Shown here piece by piece: positions 58,305 to 64,000 of a DNA stretch of 64,000 nt; the stretch's first letter is position 1, and every line of letters starts with the position of its first letter. Below the pieces are notes generated by a model. The model was given only the letters and a program-made list of their open reading frames with translations, was not told the origin of the DNA and did not search any database. Source of the DNA: Candidatus Magasanikiibacteriota bacterium (GTDB lineage: Bacteria > Patescibacteriota > Patescibacteriia > Magasanikbacterales > UBA922); the NCBI GenBank assembly GCA_003482855.1, contig DMXO01000002.1, positions 28,060-92,059 on the forward strand, read 5' to 3'. A program made the position numbers and the translations under genes.

Positions 58305-58336
58305 AAAACCACCCTAAAAAATCGGGTGGTTTTAAA
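58305..58336. terminator. Bidirectional terminator (aaccaccc taaaaaat gggtggtt + T-run)
   Basis: 8-bp stem flanked by A/T runs. Serves island F and the hpf 3' end. Confidence 0.55.
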
Positions 58337-58358
58337 ATTCAAAATTTCAAATTCAAAA

Positions 58359-58703
58359 TTATTCCTGATATCCTTTTACCTCTCTTAATTCTTCCTTGTC
58401 TCTATTACGCATCTTCCCTTTCATCTTTTCCAATTCTACTTTGAGATGATCCTTCACTTTGTCAATCGCCTTGTACAAATCCTCAGATTCTTTTTTAATA
58501 TTAAATGCCTTGCCTGGCAGACCAACATTGAATTCCGCAAAGTAAATTTCTCCTTTGTTATGATGATTGGAATCCATGCCAACAATAATATCTATACTTA
58601 CAATATGATCAAAATATGTTTGCAGATCTTCTGCCTTTTCTTGTGCATACTGCCGTATAGCATCGGTCATTTCTAGACCTTTTGTTTGTACTTCAATAAG
58701 CAT
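58359..58703 (-). CDS. hpf: Ribosome hibernation promoting factor (short HPF/RaiA type)
   Basis: 114 aa, MLIEVQTKGLEMTDAIRQYAQEKAEDLQTYFD ... beta-alpha-beta-beta-beta-alpha pattern of sigma-54 modulation protein family. Confidence 0.85.
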   Translation of the reverse strand: MLIEVQTKGLEMTDAIRQYAQEKAEDLQTYFDHIVSIDIIVGMDSNHHNKGEIYFAEFNVGLPGKAFNIKKESEDLYKAIDKVKDHLKVELEKMKGKMRNRDKEELREVKGYQE

Positions 58704-58758
58704 AGGTTGAAAATCTAAATCTTAAAATAACTGACTAAAACAAAATGATTATGGACTA

Positions 58759-58977
58759 TTAACCATTAGTTCCTGTTTTTCTTTCGAATTCAATTACATT
58801 TGTATCATCATCGCCGTCTTCTTCAACATCTCCGACTCTTTCTGCAGTGCGTTGTTCTTGTATTCTTGCAACAGCTTCATCAGCCTCATCAGCCTCATCC
58901 ATAGCTCTTTCTAATTCCTCTGGGTCTACCCCTGGTTTTAAATCTGGTTGAGGCATGACTCGTGGTATTTCTCCCAT
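58759..58977 (-). CDS. Hypothetical acidic small protein (72 aa)
   Basis: ORF only, Asp/Glu-rich. Confidence 0.3.
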   Translation of the reverse strand: MGEIPRVMPQPDLKPGVDPEELERAMDEADEADEAVARIQEQRTAERVGDVEEDGDDDTNVIEFERKTGTNG

Positions 58978-58988
58978 ATATGTTAGGA

Positions 58989-59945
58989 TTAAATAATAAA
59001 AATTTCTTCTTCTAAATTAATACTAAATTTAGTATACACATCTTCTTTTATACGGTCAACAATGGATAAAATATCTTCTGCTGTTGCACCACCCAAATTT
59101 ACAATAAAATTACCATGCATCTCACTCACCTCGGCGTTACCTACCCGATATCCTTTGAGTCCACACTGATCTATGAGCCACCCTGCGGGGATAAAGCCAC
59201 GTTCAACAAATTCAGCAGGAATATTTTTAAGTAATTCTGCATTCATCATATTACATTCTACATTCTTAAAAATACATCCCGAACTGTTTCCTTTTGGCTG
59301 AGTCTTGTTCCTTTGATCCATATACATAAGGGCTTTTTTTTGCAAATCTTTATTTTCGCCTTTTTCAAGTTTCAACCATACGCGTACAATGACACCCCCG
59401 TCATGTTTAAATACACTATCACGGTATCCAAATGTACAATCTTCATTATGTAATTCAAAAACCTCGCCATCACGATATACTTCGACTTTTGTAACTGTCT
59501 TGCTCATATCACTACCCATAGCACCCGCATTGCCACGGACCGCACCACCTATGGTGCCCGGTACACCAACTCCCCATTCAAATCCAGTCAACCCTGCTTT
59601 GATACTCTCTTGTGCGATACGTACGGTCGGACAACCAGCAGACGCTTCCACAATCTGATCTTTGATAATTATGTTCTGGTCTCTAATCTGTACTATAACT
59701 CCGTCATATCGTTCATCCTTTACCAATACATTACTTCCCCCACCGAGTATCATATATCTTTCTCCTTCACCATCCAGATATTTCAAAAGCTCTATGAATT
59801 TATTTACATCCTCTACAACAACAAAATATTTGGCAGGTCCGCCAATTTTGTACGAGGTGTGCTTTGACATAGGTTCATCAATTTTCACCTTGCCATAATT
59901 TTTGAGTTGTGTGTAGAGTTGGTCCATAGGACGTGAAAGTTGCAA
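58989..59945 (-). CDS. murB: UDP-N-acetylenolpyruvoylglucosamine reductase
   Basis: FAD-binding domain (YKIGGPAKYFV, GGGSNVLV), C-terminal substrate-binding domain. Confidence 0.88.
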   Translation of the reverse strand: MQLSRPMDQLYTQLKNYGKVKIDEPMSKHTSYKIGGPAKYFVVVEDVNKFIELLKYLDGEGERYMILGGGSNVLVKDERYDGVIVQIRDQNIIIKDQIVEASAGCPTVRIAQESIKAGLTGFEWGVGVPGTIGGAVRGNAGAMGSDMSKTVTKVEVYRDGEVFELHNEDCTFGYRDSVFKHDGGVIVRVWLKLEKGENKDLQKKALMYMDQRNKTQPKGNSSGCIFKNVECNMMNAELLKNIPAEFVERGFIPAGWLIDQCGLKGYRVGNAEVSEMHGNFIVNLGGATAEDILSIVDRIKEDVYTKFSINLEEEIFII

Positions 59946-59977
59946 AAACGGCTAAAACAAGCTATAATCCCATCGCT

Positions 59978-61192
59978 ATGCTCGACCTCTCTCAAAATCC
60001 AATCGTCTACGTAACCCGCGATATTGAGCGGGCTTTGGGCTTGCCGATACATACTCTTGGTTATTATATTATCTCAAATTACTCTGAATTTGCAAATAAA
60101 AATTATAAAAGTCAAGGGAATGTGCTTCTGATACAAGAAGACTCCCCTCTCGATACCTGGCAACTTCTCAAACATAAAACAACTATTGATTTTGTCTCTA
60201 GGTTACATACACCCCATATTTTGCTTTTCAAAAATACACCACAAATTGAACGAATTTGTCAGGAACAAGGATGGAATTTCCTCAATCCATCTGCTGAATT
60301 TGCAAACAACGTGGAAGAAAAGATATCACAGGTTGCATGGCTTGGTGAGTTAACAAAATACTTGCCCCCTCATGAAATTAAATTGTGCAGAGATGTCACC
60401 TGGAATGAGAAGCCCTTCATTCTTCAATTTAATCGCGCGCACACAGGTCTGGGTACATTTTTTATTAATGACGAAAAAAAACTCAACGAATTACAGGAGA
60501 CATTCCCCAACCGCGAGGCACGCATAACAGATTATATTGTCGGTCCCATGTTTACGAGTAATAACGTAGTTACTCATACAGATATTCTCATGGGAAACAT
60601 CAACTACCAAATCACCGGGCTCAAACCATTTACAAAAAATCCATTTGCAACAATCGGGAATGATTGGGGTATAGTGAAAGAATTATTGAATGAGAAGCAA
60701 ATCAAAACATACAAAAAAATAACAACAGACATCGGCAACAAACTACGACAAGATGGATGGAAAGGGTTGTTTGGAGTAGATATTATGTTGGATGAAAAAA
60801 CTGGTGAATTATATTTGATAGAAATCAATGCACGGCAACCAGCAAGTACTACTTATGAAAGCATATTGCAACAAAAGACTTCGGACTTTAGCAAGCAGAC
60901 TTCAGATACGACATTTGAAGCACATACCAGGGCTCTTTTAGGCGAACGCGTAAGAGATATCATTAAAATTGAAGATGGCGCACAGATAATCCTTCGTAAC
61001 CAAGAGGGACTACGAATCACGAGTGACGAATTACAAGATAAGCTACAAAAAGATGGTTTTGCTATAACTCCTTATTCAAACACCAAGCCAGGCTCCGATC
61101 TCCTCCGTATCCAAAGCAAAACATCGATAATGAAAAAACACAATGAATTCAACGAGAATGGTCAAAGTATTCTCAACAATTTAGCAATGTAG
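59978..61192 (+). CDS. ATP-grasp domain protein, unknown substrate
   Basis: GLFGVDIMLDEKTGELYLIEINARQPAST ATP-grasp C-terminal signature. Start chosen at MLDLS; the track ORF begins at 59933. Confidence 0.55.
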   Translation: MLDLSQNPIVYVTRDIERALGLPIHTLGYYIISNYSEFANKNYKSQGNVLLIQEDSPLDTWQLLKHKTTIDFVSRLHTPHILLFKNTPQIERICQEQGWNFLNPSAEFANNVEEKISQVAWLGELTKYLPPHEIKLCRDVTWNEKPFILQFNRAHTGLGTFFINDEKKLNELQETFPNREARITDYIVGPMFTSNNVVTHTDILMGNINYQITGLKPFTKNPFATIGNDWGIVKELLNEKQIKTYKKITTDIGNKLRQDGWKGLFGVDIMLDEKTGELYLIEINARQPASTTYESILQQKTSDFSKQTSDTTFEAHTRALLGERVRDIIKIEDGAQIILRNQEGLRITSDELQDKLQKDGFAITPYSNTKPGSDLLRIQSKTSIMKKHNEFNENGQSILNNLAM

Positions 61193-61220
61193 CAATTTAA
61201 CAATAGAGCAATAAAACAAT

Positions 61221-61967
61221 ATGACAATAAAACAATTGTCACAACCAACCCTACAACTCATAAATCAATTCTTGCACCTTACATTCAATGGCAAAAGGGT
61301 TCGCACCCCCTATTTCAATAATCGTAGATCTGGCACGCGCGGTGCATTGCGTGTAAGCATTGGCAAAGGAAATGTAAACGATATAAAAGAAGAATTGAAA
61401 ATTTTGTCTTTGCGTGAAAAAATTGATTTGCGAGAACTTGATGAGCAGACCATTACAGAATTCATTGTTGATCACAAAATTGGTATAGATTGTTCTGGCC
61501 TTGTGTATTATATTTTGGATGAAGAATTGAAATCACAACACAAAAATCATCTCAAAACATATCTCAAATTCCCTGACGCAAAAAATCCATTGAGAAAACT
61601 TCTGATCAAACTTCGCCCTGTAGAAAATTGTAATGTAAAAACATTGGCGTACGAAATAAATAGCGCTGAAATCAACCTCAACAATATTCAGGCTGGAGAC
61701 ATGATTATAATGATGAACGCAGGCGCACGACATGATTATAATCACGTCATGGTTATTACACATATTGACGATACTACCATCCACTATGTTCATTCTTTTC
61801 AATATCCAGAAGATGGACTATACAATCATGGCGTACGCGAGGAAACTATTACGATTATCAATACTTCAAAATCTATAACAGAACAACAGTGGAACTGCGA
61901 AGAGATGAAACGATACAAAGACACCGCAGAAAAAATACAAATTCGAAGAATTAAAGCACTCAGTTAA
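61221..61967 (+). CDS. Putative permuted papain-fold (NlpC/P60- or YiiX-like) cysteine hydrolase
   Basis: IGIDCSGLVYYIL candidate nucleophile Cys, HVMVITHID candidate His. Low certainty. Confidence 0.3.
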   Translation: MTIKQLSQPTLQLINQFLHLTFNGKRVRTPYFNNRRSGTRGALRVSIGKGNVNDIKEELKILSLREKIDLRELDEQTITEFIVDHKIGIDCSGLVYYILDEELKSQHKNHLKTYLKFPDAKNPLRKLLIKLRPVENCNVKTLAYEINSAEINLNNIQAGDMIIMMNAGARHDYNHVMVITHIDDTTIHYVHSFQYPEDGLYNHGVREETITIINTSKSITEQQWNCEEMKRYKDTAEKIQIRRIKALS

Positions 61968-61969
61968 AT

Positions 61970-62090
61970 TCACCTAATTCATCTAATTTCTAATTCACCT
62001 AATAAAATATCAATCACAAATTTTTAATTTAGGTATTTTGAGTTTTATTAGAAATTAGGTGAATTAGGCAATTAGGTGAATTTTCTATTC
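61970..62090. repeat. Imperfect inverted repeat of TTCACCTAA/TTAGGTGAA motifs
   Basis: attcacctaattcatctaatttctaattcacctaat ... attaggtgaattaggcaattaggtgaat separated by about 45 nt of AT-rich sequence. Confidence 0.55.
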
Positions 62091-62091
62091 T

Positions 62092-63291
62092 ATGTTTCAG
62101 TTCCTCAAAAACTACCGTCCTACTATCATCCTCGCCATCCTCTTTTTGACTGGCGTTATTTTTATTCTTACTTTTTTTCCTCAAGGTTTTGTACCACTTG
62201 ACCAACGTGGTATTTTTTGGCGTTTTGCATATGAACCAACACTCAATCTCGAAGGTAGAACTCTCGAATATCCTGTTGGAGCATGGTTATATTTCAAATC
62301 TGTAACATTCCCTGCTGACCTACTACAAAACTTTTTTGAGACACCATGGGGTGCATATCATTTTTGTTTTAGCCTACGTATTGCTATTTTTTATCTTGCG
62401 ACATGGATCCTCACACTTGCAGGGCTCAAATTTACCACAGTAAAAAAACAAATTCTACTTGGCACTATATTTATATTGTTATTTATTTTTGCAAATCCTT
62501 TTTTGGTGCTCAGTACATTTGATATGGTGCCGACGTGTATTGCCTTCTTATCTTTATTTCTTTTTCAAAAAAATAAATATCTGGCCAGCGCCATACTACT
62601 TGCCATAGCAACAACCATAAAATGGTTCCCTGCTGTCCTACTACCCATATTTCTCATATATTTACTGCAAAACAAAAAACAATTGTTCTCATATTTTTTT
62701 TCATACACAGCAACAATTGTCTTCATAATCCTTATAGGATCATTTTCTGTTCCGTTTGCTATTCAGCAAGATGGTCTCTCGTATCATACAAATCGTGGTA
62801 TCCACAACGAAAGTCTATATGGAAATGTATTTGATATAATTGCTACAAAAGATATACACTATAGCACTATATTTAATTATGGCTCATTCAATATTGAAGG
62901 GACTTGGACAAACATTATTCTACCACTCATCTTTCCTATACTCATTTTGGGATTATTATTTGTATATTACAAAAGCTATAAAAACAAGAAAAACATTGCA
63001 TACTATTCTCTTATTGCGATTCTCATTTTTATATTATTGAACAAAGTCTTGTCTCCACAATTTATATTTTGGCTTATTCCATTCATCATCTATAACATAT
63101 TCAACAATAATAACACGGATCAAAAATTAAACAAACGACAGATCATTTCTCTTGGTGTATTTGCAATAATTCTTCTGCTTGGCCCCACAGTCCCCTTTTA
63201 TATGCAAGAATCACTTATACATTTTGGATGGGAAGCTATTTCTTTTCTAACATTGAGAAATATACTACTTATTTTTTTGTTATTTTTATAA
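62092..63291 (+). CDS. Polytopic membrane protein, DUF2029/GT-C-like putative glycosyltransferase
   Basis: 399 aa, about 11 TM helices, architecture like GT87/DUF2029 mannosyltransferases. Confidence 0.35.
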   Translation: MFQFLKNYRPTIILAILFLTGVIFILTFFPQGFVPLDQRGIFWRFAYEPTLNLEGRTLEYPVGAWLYFKSVTFPADLLQNFFETPWGAYHFCFSLRIAIFYLATWILTLAGLKFTTVKKQILLGTIFILLFIFANPFLVLSTFDMVPTCIAFLSLFLFQKNKYLASAILLAIATTIKWFPAVLLPIFLIYLLQNKKQLFSYFFSYTATIVFIILIGSFSVPFAIQQDGLSYHTNRGIHNESLYGNVFDIIATKDIHYSTIFNYGSFNIEGTWTNIILPLIFPILILGLLFVYYKSYKNKKNIAYYSLIAILIFILLNKVLSPQFIFWLIPFIIYNIFNNNNTDQKLNKRQIISLGVFAIILLLGPTVPFYMQESLIHFGWEAISFLTLRNILLIFLLFL

Positions 63292-63462
63292 AATAGTAAA
63301 CAATACTCCCCTCCTATTAGGAGGGGTAATGGGGAGGTCTTTCGTGTGATAAGACATGGTATCTTACTAAAGACCCCCTCTAACTCCCCCTAACAGGGGG
63401 AGAATGACTTGTTCAGTTAATTTTTATAACAAAAGCTATACTAATTACTACTTTTTATCTAT

Positions 63463-63497
63463 CAAAAAACAACTCCCATCAAAAAGAGTTGTTTTTA
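63463..63497. terminator. Bidirectional terminator (aacaactc ccatcaaaaa gagttgtt + T-run)
   Basis: 8-bp stem flanked by A and T runs. Confidence 0.55.
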
Positions 63498-63603
63498 ATT
63501 CTAGAACAAAGATATTCTCAATCCCAGAACTCCTCGGTGTGATGTGGCACACCGGAAAATCTCCTTCCTTATACCCGCCCACATGCGGGCGTCTCCCGAC
63601 CTC

Positions 63604-63807
63604 TTACGGCTTGGGCGCCTCGCCAGTGGCACCCTTCGCCGGTTCTTCCACTGTCTCCTTCGGGGGAGACGGCGGACGAGGCGAGGACACATGTGTCTTG
63701 CCCGCATGGCGAGCCCTCGTGGCTGCGAGGCCACAGAGCCCGTCGAGCTGACGCTCGGGCCGTGCAGGGCCGTGCCCGAACTTGGTGAAGCCAGAACCCG
63801 GCTTCAT
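63604..63807 (-). CDS. Island G gene: 67-aa Pro-rich small protein, translationally coupled (ATGA overlap) to the upstream partial gene
   Basis: High GC3 ORF. Its ATG overlaps the TGA of the partial CDS 63804-64000. Confidence 0.35.
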   Translation of the reverse strand: MKPGSGFTKFGHGPARPERQLDGLCGLAATRARHAGKTHVSSPRPPSPPKETVEEPAKGATGEAPKP

Positions 63808-64000
63808 TTCTTACCCTTTCCGCGAGCCCGTCTGAGGGCTCGAGACACATCCGTCAACGGAAACCGACCCAATACCTCTGGTTCGCGATTCCAGATGGTG
63901 TTGTGGTCGTAGACGACCACCGTTTCTCCACCACTCTTGTGCACATCAGCGACATCATCGAGTCGCACTGCGCACCGTTCGAAGTGGGGACGGCGGTTGT
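63804..64000 (-). CDS. Island G partial CDS (C-terminal 65 codons; gene continues beyond the window end)
   Basis: Open minus-strand frame ...HKSGGETVVVYDHNTIWNREPEVLGRFPLTDVSRALRRARGKGKK* with no stops and high GC. Confidence 0.4.
   Translation of the reverse strand, partial: NRRPHFERCAVRLDDVADVHKSGGETVVVYDHNTIWNREPEVLGRFPLTDVSRALRRARGKGKK

Noticed and set aside
59933-59977. Extended N-terminus of the ATP-grasp ORF overlapping the murB start
   Set aside because: Divergent genes. Internal Met at 59978 gives a sensible N-terminus without overlapping the murB coding start.
63404-63912. 115-aa and 122-aa plus-strand ORFs and 93-aa minus ORF in island G
   Set aside because: Arg-rich, begin in AT-rich DNA and run into GC-rich DNA. 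Competing minus-strand frame has ATGA coupling and a better coding look. Likely GC-rich frame noise.

Overview
The window is a low-GC (roughly 35-40% GC by eye) bacterial chromosome segment. Its style fits a small-genome Patescibacteria/CPR-like organism (inference): housekeeping genes with long linker-rich proteins, many DxDxDG thrombospondin-type-3 repeat surface proteins, and frequent short in-frame tandem repeats. Recognisable content, in order: a copper-handling module (CopA P-type ATPase, CopZ, an HMA-permease-cupredoxin fusion, a PQQ-type sugar dehydrogenase/PKD protein, a blue-copper lipoprotein); a Cas4-like PD-(D/E)xK nuclease; TypA/BipA; an ECF sigma with an anti-sigma-like membrane protein and a periplasmic protein; a thiol-redox group (thioredoxin-DsbD-like protein, DsbA-like protein, Fe/Mn superoxide dismutase); the dnaG-rpoD pair; archaeal-type UMP kinase; CysS; a VirD4/TraD/HerA-like P-loop ATPase with an ATPase-less paralog elsewhere; DnaX; tRNA-Gln(CUG); GreA; FolD; a GT-C/GT2 (Dpm1-like) glycosylation pair; Dus; a XerC/D-like tyrosine recombinase; an alpha/beta hydrolase; a GH3 glycosidase; a DUF4430/prenyltransferase-like/ECF-S-like cluster; SecDF; SecA; HPF; MurB; an ATP-grasp protein. 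No rRNA or CRISPR array was seen. The most striking feature is a dispersed set of at least seven GC-rich (about 60-65% GC) micro-islands (about 0.15-1.1 kb each) lying in intergenic gaps of the AT-rich backbone. Most are self-contained cassettes. Each has a near-consensus sigma70-like promoter (TTGACA or TTGACT, then exactly 17 nt, then a TAnnnT -10). Each has a Shine-Dalgarno site that is recognisable in most cassettes and weak or unclear in island B, and a small high-GC3 ORF of 50-162 aa. Three of the ORFs are CxxC...CxxC zinc-ribbon mini-proteins and one is an EF-Tu domain-II-like barrel. Each cassette ends in hairpin structures. One cassette carries terminal inverted repeats, one island is non-coding and highly structured, and one two-gene island has a conserved 120-nt inverted-repeat element after each gene. 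Their origin (horizontal acquisition from a high-GC donor, a mobile mini-cassette family, or an assembly/synthetic artefact) cannot be decided from sequence alone. I regard them as the main candidate for an undescribed system.
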